Positions 1 to 11,928 of a DNA stretch of 64,000 nt are shown piece after piece. Each line of letters starts with the position of its first letter. Position 1 is the first letter of the stretch. Below the pieces are notes generated by a model that saw only the letters and a list, made by a program, of their open reading frames with translations, had not been told where the DNA came from and did no database searches. Both the position numbers and the translations under genes were made by a program. This stretch comes from Thermoanaerobaculia bacterium (GTDB taxonomy: Bacteria; Acidobacteriota; Thermoanaerobaculia; Multivoradales; Multivoraceae): the NCBI GenBank assembly GCA_963666565.1, contig OY762911.1:1600001-1664000 (forward strand), given 5' to 3'.

Positions 1-133
1 GAGCAAACTCCCGGGGGCCCCGCATCCACCGTGGTATCTTGGAGTTCCGCCGGTTTGCGGGTGCTGCGCCGCGGGCGCTTCGAGTTCTGATCCTCGCGGC
101 CGGCGCAGTCGTCAGGTCCAGGACTCGAAGACC

Positions 134-2122
134 GTGAGCCGATCCGCAGCCTCCCACGTCGCGCTCCTTTGCGCCTGGTCGTTGCTCCAGGCGGCGCCGG
201 CCGAGGCTCAGGAGCCCGTCGCCGCGTCGCGCACCGAAGCGGCGCCGCCCCACGCCCAGGAGGCCGTCGCCGCGTCGCGCACCGAAGCGGCGCCCGCGGT
301 CGACCTGGACGGCGACGAGATCGGCGTGGACGAAGTCTCGCGCGGCCAGACCGGCTACGGCCTGTCCGTGTTCGCGGGCAGCGAACCGGAGCGCTTCGGC
401 GTCGAGGTCGTCGGCGTCCTGCGCGAGATGGACCCGGGCACGAGCTTCATCGTCGCCCGGCTCTCCGGCAAGGGCCTGGAGGAGTCCGGCGTCGTGGCCG
501 GAATGAGCGGCAGCCCGGTCTACATCGACGACCGCCTGGCCGGCGCCGTGGCCTACTCCTGGGCGTTCACAAGCGAAGCTCTGGCGCTCGTTACCCCGAT
601 CGCCGCGATGCGCCGGTTGAGCGCGCTCGACCCGGGCGAAGCGGCCGGCGGCTCGCTCGGCCTCTCGGCGCCGGCAACGCCCGCGCCGCGAACGCACACA
701 CCGGGAACGCTCGCGCCGCGAACGCCCACGCCGCGAACGCTTGCGCCGGGGGCGCCTGCGCCGCGAACGCCGGCGCCGTTCGAGCGCTCGGTGCGGCACC
801 TCCTCGAACCGCCAGAGGACGTGGCCGGCGCCGTCAACGAGATCGTGGCCGAGCAGTTGGGCGGCCTCCTGGCGCCCTCCGACTGGGGCGGCCGCGGCGC
901 CTCGATCGCCACGACGGGCTTCGGCGAGCCGGTGCGCCGGATGCTCGCCGCCGCTCCCGCCGGCCGCGCCGAGGCCTCCGAAGCGCCGGAACTCGGCGCG
1001 GGCAGCGCGGTCGCGGGCGTCCTGATCGACGGCGACCTCAAGCTCGCCGTCGGCGGCACGGTGACCCGGGTGGAAGACGGCGAGGTGCTCGCCATGGGCC
1101 ATCCCTACCTCGGCGTGGGACCGCTCGGCGTGCCGATGGCGACGGTCGAGGTGGTCGGCGTCGTCCCCCGGCTCAACAGCTCGACCCGGCTGAGCAACAT
1201 CGGCCCGGTGGTCGGCGCGTTCGACCAGGACCGCTTCGCGGGGCTCAGGGGCACGCTCGGCGCGGAGGCGCGCACGATCCCGATGACGATCGACGTCGAG
1301 ACGCCGAACGGCGAGTCCCGCCGCTTCGACCTCCGGCTCGCCGACCTGCCCATCATGCTGCCGTCGCTGGTCGGCATCCCGACCATGCAGGCGCTCGATT
1401 CGGCCTCGTACGGCGGCGGCGAGAGCAGCCTCGACATGACCGGCACGTTGCGGCTGCGAGGCCACGACGACGTGCCGTTGCGCCAGGTCTTCGACGGCTC
1501 GAACCCCGGCACGGGGGCCGCGTTCTACCTCATCTCCCTGGTCGGCGCCTTGGTCAACTCGGACCACGAGGCGGTCGAGATCGAGGGCATCGATCTGACG
1601 CTGAGCCAGAGCCACGCTCCCCGGACGATCGCGATCGAGCGGGCCCAGGCGTCGTCCAGCCGGGTCCGCGCGGGGGACACGGTCCAGGTCGTGTTCGATC
1701 TGCGCCGGCACCGCGGCGACCGCTTCCAGGAGACGCTGGACGTCGTCGTGCCCGAGGACCGGCGCCCCGGCCGCTACTACCTGTTCGTGGGCGACGGCGT
1801 CAGCATCGACGGCGCCCGGCTCCAGCTTCAGCCGAGCAGGGCGTCCTCGCTGGAGGACGAACTGAAGCTGCTGCGGTCGTTCCAGCCGCAGAGCCGCCTG
1901 GCCGCGCTCGGCGTCGTGCCGGCGCGCGGGCTGATCGTCGAGGGTCGGCCGATGCCCGACCTGCCGGCCACCGTGCGGTCGATCTGGCAGGCGTCGCCGC
2001 TGCAGGGGGAGCCGCGAGCCTTGAACCTGACGATCGTCAGCGAGGACGGCCGCGATCTCGGCACGCCGCTCGACGGCCTGTTCCGGATCGACCTCCAGAT
2101 CCTGCCGGGCGCCGCGCCGTGA
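134..2122 (+). CDS. SpoIVB-like peptidase S55 domain protein, secreted
   Basis: Signal peptide; GVVAGMSGSPVYIDDRLAGAV motif typical of family S55. Confidence 0.85.
   Translation: MSRSAASHVALLCAWSLLQAAPAEAQEPVAASRTEAAPPHAQEAVAASRTEAAPAVDLDGDEIGVDEVSRGQTGYGLSVFAGSEPERFGVEVVGVLREMDPGTSFIVARLSGKGLEESGVVAGMSGSPVYIDDRLAGAVAYSWAFTSEALALVTPIAAMRRLSALDPGEAAGGSLGLSAPATPAPRTHTPGTLAPRTPTPRTLAPGAPAPRTPAPFERSVRHLLEPPEDVAGAVNEIVAEQLGGLLAPSDWGGRGASIATTGFGEPVRRMLAAAPAGRAEASEAPELGAGSAVAGVLIDGDLKLAVGGTVTRVEDGEVLAMGHPYLGVGPLGVPMATVEVVGVVPRLNSSTRLSNIGPVVGAFDQDRFAGLRGTLGAEARTIPMTIDVETPNGESRRFDLRLADLPIMLPSLVGIPTMQALDSASYGGGESSLDMTGTLRLRGHDDVPLRQVFDGSNPGTGAAFYLISLVGALVNSDHEAVEIEGIDLTLSQSHAPRTIAIERAQASSSRVRAGDTVQVVFDLRRHRGDRFQETLDVVVPEDRRPGRYYLFVGDGVSIDGARLQLQPSRASSLEDELKLLRSFQPQSRLAALGVVPARGLIVEGRPMPDLPATVRSIWQASPLQGEPRALNLTIVSEDGRDLGTPLDGLFRIDLQILPGAAP
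668..778 (+). repeat. 15-bp coding tandem repeat, about 7 units (A/T-P-R-T-x)
   Basis: gcgccgcgaacgcNN units in the S55 peptidase linker. Confidence 0.8.
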
Positions 2123-4467
2123 GGGGCCGGCGCCGCACCGTCGCCGTTACTGCGCTGCTGTTCGCCGGCGCCGTGACCGGAACCGCGGCAGCCTCGGAGG
2201 TTCAGATCTGGCGCGCCGACAGTCAGGCCGCCTTCCTTGCCGGCGAACTCGTCGACGTCAGCGTCGATCGCCTTGGCGTTCTGAGGCTGGCGCAGCGCGC
2301 GGAGCAGTTCGCCACCCTCTCGGAACCCTTCCTGTTCTCCTTCGCCGGCGCGAACGGCCGCTTCGCTGCCGGGACCGGCAACTCGGGCAAGGTGCTGGAG
2401 ATCGCTGCCGGAAGCGACGCCGACGCCGGCTCGGTTGCGGAACTCTTCGCGGCCGAGGAGCCGGAGATCTTCGCGGTCTGGGTCGACGGCGACGGCACGG
2501 TGTACGCCGGCTCGTCGCCGGACGGCAAGGTGTACCGCAAGCCCCCGGACGGTGAGGTCGAGGTCGTCTTCGACCCGGAGGCGAAGTACATCTGGGCGCT
2601 CCTGGGCGACGGCGACGGCGGCCTGCTGGTCGGCACCGGCCCGGAGGGCAGGCTGTACCGGGTGGACCTCGCGAACGGCGAGTCCGAGCTGCTCTACGAC
2701 AGCGCGGACCTGCACGTCCGCTCGCTGGCCCGGCGCGCCGACGGCACGCTGTTGGCAGGTACGGCGGGCGAGGGCCTCCTGCTCGAGATCGACGCGGAGG
2801 GAGCGGCGCGCACTCTCTACGACGCGGCCGGACCGGAAGTGCTGGCGATCGTCCCTGGCGAGGACGGCGCCTTCTACGCGACCGCTCTGGCCTCCGAGGC
2901 GAGCTTCGTCGACCTGAGCAGCGCGCGAAGGTCCTCCGCGAGCGGCTCGTCGAGCGGCGCCGCCAGCCGCGCCGGCGGCAACGGCGGCGGCTCGTCGGAA
3001 TCGAGCGACCGGCCGACCCAGGTCACGTCCCAGGCGGGCGCCATCTCGGTCGGCAGCCGCGCCGCCTCGTTCAAGGGACCGCGCTCCGAGGTGCTGCGGA
3101 TCGACGGGAGCGGCTGGGTCGAATCCATCTGGAAGTTCGAGGCCGAGACGGTGTACGCCCTGAGCTACCAGCAGGACAGGCTCTGGGTCGCCACCGGCCA
3201 GGAGGGCAAGCTGTTCAGCTACCAGGACGAGCAGATGGTGTTGGAGAAGGACCTCGACCAGGGCCAGATCGTGGGGTTGGCCGAGGGGCCGGCTGGACCC
3301 GTCTTCGCGAGCACGAATGCGGCGGCCGTCTACGGCTTCGTCGGCGGCGGGGCCGCCGGGCTGGCGGAGCAGGGCACGGTCACCGCAAAGCCGCTCGACG
3401 CGTCGTCGGTGGCGAGCTTCGGCTCGATCCGCTGGCGCGGCCGTGCCGGCGACGGAGTCGAGGTCGCGCTCTCGGCCCGCAGCGGGATGAGCTCGACGCC
3501 GGACGAGACGTGGTCCGCGTGGACCGCAGCCTCCGCGGCGCGCGAGGCGCCGCTCTCCGACCTGCCGCCGGGCCGCTACCTGCAGTGGCGGGCCGAACTT
3601 CGGGGCGGCGGCGACCGGACGCCCGAGGTCGTGGCGGTCGAAGTCACCTACCGCCAGCACAACCGCAAGCCGGAGATCGCGAAGCTGGACGTGCTGCCCG
3701 CGGGCACGATCCTGGTGCCGACGAACTTCAACCCCTCGAACCAGGCCTACGAACCGGCGCACCCGAACCGCGACCGCATCTTCACCGTCGTCGGCGATCC
3801 GGCGCAGACGCAGAAGGGCTCGACGAAGACGCTGTGGAAGCTGGGCTACCGGACCCTGCGCTGGGAGGCCGAAGACCCGAACGAAGACCGTCTCCGCTAC
3901 CGGCTCTCGTTCGCCCGCGAGGCGGCGCTTGCGGCCCGGGAAGGAGCGGCCGGCGCCGCCCCGCCCGCGGTCGCGGGCGCCGCCGAGGACGCGAACGGCG
4001 ACGGAGCGGGCGACTCCGATGGGCTGTGGCTCGAAGTGGCGGACGATCTGAAGGCGACCTTCCTGAGCTTCGACGCCACGGTGCTGCCGGACGGCGTCTA
4101 CCGCTTCCGCGTGGAGGCCAGCGACCGGCTCGACAACGCCGTCGGCGAGGCGCTGGAGGCCGAGCGCGTGTCGGCCGCGGCGGTCGTGGACCACAGCCCG
4201 GCCCGGCTCGTCTCCGCGACCCGCGACGGCGACCGGGTGACGGCGGTGGTGGAGGACGCCTGGAGCCCGCTGCGCGAGGCGGTCGTCAGCAGCGACGCCG
4301 GCGAGTGGCGTTCCGTCCGCGTCGAGGACGGCCTCCTCGACAGCCGGCGCGAGACGCTTTCCATCGCGGCGCCGGCGGGCGCACGGCTGCTGCTCCTGCG
4401 GCTGACCGACGCCGCCCACAACGTGACCACGATCGACCTCTCCGACCAGCTCGGGAGCGGCCAATGA
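2119..4467 (+). CDS. Secreted beta-propeller protein with C-terminal Ig/FN3-like region
   Basis: GTG at 2119 overlaps the upstream TGA; signal peptide; repeated GTGxxGKVY/LY blades. Confidence 0.7.
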   Translation: MRGRRRTVAVTALLFAGAVTGTAAASEVQIWRADSQAAFLAGELVDVSVDRLGVLRLAQRAEQFATLSEPFLFSFAGANGRFAAGTGNSGKVLEIAAGSDADAGSVAELFAAEEPEIFAVWVDGDGTVYAGSSPDGKVYRKPPDGEVEVVFDPEAKYIWALLGDGDGGLLVGTGPEGRLYRVDLANGESELLYDSADLHVRSLARRADGTLLAGTAGEGLLLEIDAEGAARTLYDAAGPEVLAIVPGEDGAFYATALASEASFVDLSSARRSSASGSSSGAASRAGGNGGGSSESSDRPTQVTSQAGAISVGSRAASFKGPRSEVLRIDGSGWVESIWKFEAETVYALSYQQDRLWVATGQEGKLFSYQDEQMVLEKDLDQGQIVGLAEGPAGPVFASTNAAAVYGFVGGGAAGLAEQGTVTAKPLDASSVASFGSIRWRGRAGDGVEVALSARSGMSSTPDETWSAWTAASAAREAPLSDLPPGRYLQWRAELRGGGDRTPEVVAVEVTYRQHNRKPEIAKLDVLPAGTILVPTNFNPSNQAYEPAHPNRDRIFTVVGDPAQTQKGSTKTLWKLGYRTLRWEAEDPNEDRLRYRLSFAREAALAAREGAAGAAPPAVAGAAEDANGDGAGDSDGLWLEVADDLKATFLSFDATVLPDGVYRFRVEASDRLDNAVGEALEAERVSAAAVVDHSPARLVSATRDGDRVTAVVEDAWSPLREAVVSSDAGEWRSVRVEDGLLDSRRETLSIAAPAGARLLLLRLTDAAHNVTTIDLSDQLGSGQ

Positions 4468-4553
4468 GCCAGCATGATCGACCTCTCGGGCCCGCTCGGG
4501 AGCGCCCTTGCCAGCATGATCGACCTGTCGGGTCAGTCGGGAGCGCTCCATGA
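4464..4553 (+). CDS. Putative 29-aa relay mini-ORF formed by a junction duplication
   Basis: ATGA overlap with the upstream stop (4464-4467) and with the coaD start (4550-4553). Confidence 0.35.
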   Translation: MSQHDRPLGPARERPCQHDRPVGSVGSAP

Positions 4554-5032
4554 GCCGGCGAATCGGCATCTTCCCCGGTTCCTTCGACCCGGTCCACAAC
4601 GGCCACCTCGACCTGATCGAGCGCGCCCGCCGGCTGTTCGACGTGCTCTACATCGCCGTCCTCTACAACGAGCAAAAGCAGGCCCTGTTCTCGGTCGAGG
4701 AACGAATCGACCTCCTGCGCGACCTGGTCGGCGATTCCGGCGACTGCCGGGTCGAGAGCTTCAGCGGCCTGCTGGTCGACTACGCCCGCGACAAGGGCGC
4801 CGCCGCCGTGGTCCGTGGCCTCCGCTCCGGCGCCGACTTCGACTACGAACTGCCGATGACCCTGATGAACCGCCGCCTCGCCCCCGGCATCGACACGATC
4901 TTCCTGTTGCCCGCGCCTGAGTGGATCTACCTCTCGAGCCGGCTGACAAAGGAAGTCGGCGGCCTCAAGGGCGACCTGACGGGCGCCGTGCCGCCCGCCG
5001 TGCTGGAGGCACTGCGCCGGAAGTTGGACTAA
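4550..5032 (+). CDS. coaD: Phosphopantetheine adenylyltransferase
   Basis: FPGSFDPVHNGH, VRGLR and DFDYE motifs. Confidence 0.97.
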   Translation: MSRRIGIFPGSFDPVHNGHLDLIERARRLFDVLYIAVLYNEQKQALFSVEERIDLLRDLVGDSGDCRVESFSGLLVDYARDKGAAAVVRGLRSGADFDYELPMTLMNRRLAPGIDTIFLLPAPEWIYLSSRLTKEVGGLKGDLTGAVPPAVLEALRRKLD

Positions 5033-5162
5033 GCGCTCACCGGGTGCCTAGCCTAGCGGGTCGAGTACCGTGGTTTGGCGGCTGCCGCTGACCGCACGTT
5101 GGTCCGGATTGAGGTGACTGGCAGCGCCGAGTCAGGTAGCCAAGCTAGCCGCCTAGCCCCAA

Positions 5163-5423
5163 CTAACGGGGCACAATCGGCGGGTACTTGAACTCGGGCA
5201 TTTCGCTGGAATCCAGTGCCTGCACATGGCAACGTCCATCCTCCTGCAGGTGATGGAGAAACCGGACCCGGCCTCGTGAGCGACGTCCTGGATCCGGCAA
5301 CCTAATGATCCGGCCCTTGCACACTTCTAGGTCGCCGGTGCCTTGATACTCGGTCGCGATCTGGGTACCTGTCGCTGGATCGGTAACGGAGATACGGAAG
5401 CGTCCGAACGGCCAAAGTCTCAT
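5163..5423 (-). CDS. Hypothetical protein, 86 aa
   Basis: ATGA overlap with the upstream ORF. Confidence 0.55.
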   Translation of the reverse strand: MRLWPFGRFRISVTDPATGTQIATEYQGTGDLEVCKGRIIRLPDPGRRSRGRVRFLHHLQEDGRCHVQALDSSEMPEFKYPPIVPR

Positions 5424-5677
5424 GCCAGTTGATAGAAGGCCACACGGCGGTCATCTCGATGGCGTACCGCGACGAGCCAGACTCCTCCGACTTGGAAGGG
5501 ATATGGACGGTGAAACTCCATGTCTTCCTCGCTGACGACAACTCCGTAGCTTTCCGGGTCGACCCTGATCGGCGCTTCGCTTGACGTGACGAACACGGCA
5601 CTGTCGAATGAGTCGCTGGCCATCGCGAGTTCAGCGGTGTATTCACGACCGAGAGCGGAAACGAGAGAGGCCTTCAT
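5420..5677 (-). CDS. Hypothetical protein, 85 aa
   Basis: ATG at 5677 overlaps the stop of 5674-5949; its own stop overlaps the next ATG. Confidence 0.6.
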   Translation of the reverse strand: MKASLVSALGREYTAELAMASDSFDSAVFVTSSEAPIRVDPESYGVVVSEEDMEFHRPYPFQVGGVWLVAVRHRDDRRVAFYQLA

Positions 5678-5949
5678 GATGGGTTCTCTTCGTTGACTTC
5701 CACGGTCGCCTCCTTGGGCCGGGGCGCCTTCAGCGCTTGGTCTAGCATGTCGACAACCGCAGCAGCGACCTCTCGGCTTAGCACGAGCTTCGAGATCTGC
5801 TCGACCTTGCCGATGTTCTCTCGCGACAGCACGAATCCGAACATCACGGCCACTAGGTCTCGGCCCACGGGGGTTGCTGTCGCGACGTTGACTGGCTGGA
5901 ACAAGACTTCGTCCTCTCCAGACCAATCGGGTTCACGCTTCTCGGCCAT
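5674..5949 (-). CDS. Hypothetical protein with a DUF3467-like pattern
   Basis: N...VAVMFG...KLVLSREVAAAVVDML resembles DUF3467 by eye. Confidence 0.55.
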   Translation of the reverse strand: MAEKREPDWSGEDEVLFQPVNVATATPVGRDLVAVMFGFVLSRENIGKVEQISKLVLSREVAAAVVDMLDQALKAPRPKEATVEVNEENPS

Positions 5950-6175
5950 TCTTCATCCTCGATCTCGGTGGTTCATCTCGATAGGACGTGCGGCAGAGGC
6001 ACCGGCAGACTGACGATGAGGCGGAGTCGCGGTCAACGTCGGCTGCCTAGTCAGCCTCATCATCTCTCCAAACAGCGTTGGACACGACGCCGACCCCAAA
6101 CTGGTTCAGTGTAGCGCAGCCTGTCCACTCCTTCTACGCTGGTGGCGCGAAGCCAGGCGGGGTCAACGGATTTCG

Positions 6176-6643
6176 TCAAGGCCTCAACACCCCGCCGCCT
6201 CCGAGACCCTTGCCGCAGTTTGGCGTTGGCACACCCAACGTCCGCCAAGACTCTACTCGCCCCTTCAAGGCGACCTGACGGGCGTCGCGCCGCCGGTCGT
6301 GCTGGAGGCGTTGCGCGTTCGGGACTAGCCAGACTGGGATGCTCAGCCAGTCGGAGGCCTTCCGCCTTGCCGGTGGCTTTACGCTCACCATCGAGGCGGT
6401 AGGGGCTAGCCCGCGCTCAGCGAGTACGTCGTACAGGGTTTCGTGTTCGCAGCAGTCGTCGAAGAAGCCAGTGAGAGCCTCTTCAAGCATTCGATAGGAC
6501 GCCTTCCTGGTGTCGCCGTGGCTCGCGACGTCCAGGGCGGGACAGGTTGCGACCCAGACGTCGTCCTCGCGGTGCGCCTCGACTTGGACGGTCACGGTCC
6601 AGGCGAGACCATGGCTGATCGTCTCCTTGGCTCCTGTCCGCAC
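6176..6643 (-). CDS. HicB-like antitoxin (orphan); C-terminus probably read-through
   Basis: HREDDVWVATCPALDVASHGDT...LEEA motif; GTG at 6643 with upstream AGGAG. Confidence 0.7.
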   Translation of the reverse strand: MRTGAKETISHGLAWTVTVQVEAHREDDVWVATCPALDVASHGDTRKASYRMLEEALTGFFDDCCEHETLYDVLAERGLAPTASMVSVKPPARRKASDWLSIPVWLVPNAQRLQHDRRRDARQVALKGRVESWRTLGVPTPNCGKGLGGGGVLRP

Positions 6644-6729
6644 GGTCGTTCCACTCCTAGGGGCGTTCTCGGGGGGCGCGGAGTACAGTATCAGGCGGTC
6701 ACCGACTCCGGTGGGCGTACCGCCTACCA

Positions 6730-7788
<1,059 letters not shown>

Positions 7789-7792
7789 CGCG

Positions 7793-9658
<1,866 letters not shown>

Positions 9659-9809
9659 CTTGATTCTGCGGATGGGGGCCGGGCGCTGTCGGGGAGCGGG
9701 TCCGTTCCCGCCGCCGCTACCGCGGGCGGCCCTGCGGGCTCGGTCCGCGGGGATGATCTGGCGGCAGATAGTACCATGACGCTGCCCCGCGCATTGGCGA
9801 GAACTCCAG

Positions 9810-11918
9810 GTGGCCAGTCGGGACAAGAAAGCGAGACGAAGCAGGCCGATCCTACGAGCGATCTGGCTGTCGGTGGCGACGCTCGCGCTGACGCTCGCCA
9901 TCGTCACGGTGTCGCTCGAAGCGCCCGTGGCCCTGGATCTGCTCGCGTGGACCGTCATCACCGTGGTCGGCGGCGCCGTGCTGTGGCTGCTGCTCCTGTG
10001 GCTGCAGCGCCGCCTGCTGTGGCGACTCGGCCGGCGCCTGGCGTTCAGCTACATGCTGCTGGGCCTGCTGCCGCTCCTGCTCAGCCTGGTGCTGGTCGTC
10101 GTTGCCGCCTACCTGCTGTCCGGTTTCTTCCTCGGCCACCTCTACCGCGACGCGGCGATCGGTCTCCACGAGGAGATCGACGCGTCCTCGGAGTTCTTCA
10201 TCGAGCCGCTGGAGATGGAGGCGATCTTCGATCCCTCGATGCTGCCGGCCTCGTCGGTCCGCGGCACGGCGCTCGCCTACTACAGGAACGGCAGCCGCGT
10301 GGCGGGCGATGCGAGGGCGCCGGAGGACTTCCCGGTCTGGCTGGTCCAGGAGGACGCCTCGGACCTGCGCCGCGACAGCATCCTGCCTCCCCTCGTCGCG
10401 CTGCCCGACGGCTCGGCCACCCTGGCGTCCGCGTCGGCAAGGGGAACGTCCGGCGTCGTCGCCTTCTTCGATCCCGAGGCCGGAGACTCCCTGGAGCGGC
10501 GGCTGAGTTCGCAGAGCGGCGTCTGGATCCGGCTCGGGCGGCCGGGCGAGGAGGAAGGCACGGACACCGCCGTCCTGCTGTTCGGCGCGACCGAGTTCGT
10601 GCTGCAGCCGCTGGCGCGGAACCGGGGCGGCGCCGACCGCGAGGCCTTCTTCGAGTCCCAGAACGCGAGTTCGCCGATCAGCATCGTGGGGGTCGAGATC
10701 GCGGGTCCGCTCCGCTCCTTCGCGGACGGCTCGCCGGCGTCGTCGCCGGTTTCCGTGTCGCTGGCGGCGACTCGCCAGATCGTCTTCCGTCATCTCTTCT
10801 CGGCGTCGGCCCAGGTGGACACGGCGGGCTGGATCGCCTTCTTCATCCCGGCTTTCCTGCTCTTCGACGTGTTCATCGGCGCGACCGTCATGGCGATGTT
10901 CATGATCCTGGGGCTCAGCCGGGCGGTGAACCGCCTGAGCACGGCGACCGACGCGGTTCAGTCGGGAGACTTCTCGGCCCGCATCCCGGTGCGTCGCAAG
11001 GACCAGATCGGCGCTCTCCAGCGGTCGTTCAACGAGATGGCGGGAGGCCTCGAGCGCCTGATCGCCGAGCGCACGGCCCGGCGAGCCCTGGAGCGGGAGC
11101 TGGAGTTCGCCCGCGAGGTTCAGGAGAACCTGATTCCGGGCCAGGGACTGGTCGTCGAAGGGGTCGAGTTCGCCACCTTCTTCGAGCCGTCGGCGGCGAT
11201 CGGCGGCGACTACTTCGACATCCTCAAGCTCCCCGGCGAGTGGGAGGGCGACCGGGAACGGCTCGGCGTGGTCATCGCGGACGTGGCCGGGCACGGCCTC
11301 TCGGCCGGCCTCCGCATGGCGATGCTGAAGGCCGGGCTGCTGACCCTGGTGGAGGAGGGCAAGCCGGCGCGGCAACTGCTTCCCGCTCTGGACGGACTGG
11401 TGCGCAAGGCGAGCAGCCGCAGCAAGGAACGTGCTTCCGCGGCGCCCGGTGACCGCGATCGTGTGTTCGTCACGGCGAGTCTCTCCCTGATCGACGTATC
11501 GACCGGCACCGTGGAGATGACGAACGCCGGCCATCCGCCGGCCTACCTGCTGCGAGACGGCGAGATCGAGGAGATTCTGCTTGCCGGCTCGCCGCTCGGC
11601 GCGTTCGGCGAGGACTACGGCTTCCGGCGGTTCGAGCTGGCGCCGGGCGACGTCATGGTCTGGCTCTCGGACGGGTTCATCGAGGCCGCGGACGCGGATG
11701 GCGAGGTGTTCGGCTACGAGCGCACGATCGACTCGCTCAAGGGTTCGGCGGACAGCGCCGTGGAAGTGCGCGACCGGATCCTGGAGGACATCCGCCGCTA
11801 CACCGAGGGCGTCGGCGCCGACGACGACCTCACCCTGGTCGTGATGCGCTACCAGCCGGAGGCGGCGACCTCGGAAGTGTCCGCCGACCAGGAACTGCTG
11901 CGGGCGGCCGGCGGCTGA
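9810..11918 (+). CDS. Membrane HAMP + SpoIIE/PP2C (RsbU-like) phosphatase
   Basis: TM helices, HAMP region, GGDYFD, DVAGHG, NAGHPP, SDG, DDLT. Confidence 0.9.
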   Translation: MASRDKKARRSRPILRAIWLSVATLALTLAIVTVSLEAPVALDLLAWTVITVVGGAVLWLLLLWLQRRLLWRLGRRLAFSYMLLGLLPLLLSLVLVVVAAYLLSGFFLGHLYRDAAIGLHEEIDASSEFFIEPLEMEAIFDPSMLPASSVRGTALAYYRNGSRVAGDARAPEDFPVWLVQEDASDLRRDSILPPLVALPDGSATLASASARGTSGVVAFFDPEAGDSLERRLSSQSGVWIRLGRPGEEEGTDTAVLLFGATEFVLQPLARNRGGADREAFFESQNASSPISIVGVEIAGPLRSFADGSPASSPVSVSLAATRQIVFRHLFSASAQVDTAGWIAFFIPAFLLFDVFIGATVMAMFMILGLSRAVNRLSTATDAVQSGDFSARIPVRRKDQIGALQRSFNEMAGGLERLIAERTARRALERELEFAREVQENLIPGQGLVVEGVEFATFFEPSAAIGGDYFDILKLPGEWEGDRERLGVVIADVAGHGLSAGLRMAMLKAGLLTLVEEGKPARQLLPALDGLVRKASSRSKERASAAPGDRDRVFVTASLSLIDVSTGTVEMTNAGHPPAYLLRDGEIEEILLAGSPLGAFGEDYGFRRFELAPGDVMVWLSDGFIEAADADGEVFGYERTIDSLKGSADSAVEVRDRILEDIRRYTEGVGADDDLTLVVMRYQPEAATSEVSADQELLRAAGG

Positions 11919-11928
11919 GGAGAGGCGG

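Larger units (their letters stand above)
4965..6316. mobile_element. Small genomic islet bounded by degenerate direct repeats of the coaD 3' end
   Basis: 4965-5017 resembles 6265-6316; interior is lower in GC with several CTAG sites. Confidence 0.6.

Noticed and set aside
169-2118. N-terminal half of the 1432-aa ORF
   Set aside because: Arg-rich off-frame shadow of the S55 gene; the real start is GTG 2119
6109-6123. GTGTAGCGCAGCCTG resembling a tRNA-Pro 5' segment
   Set aside because: No D-loop continuation, anticodon arm or T arm; likely chance or a tiny remnant
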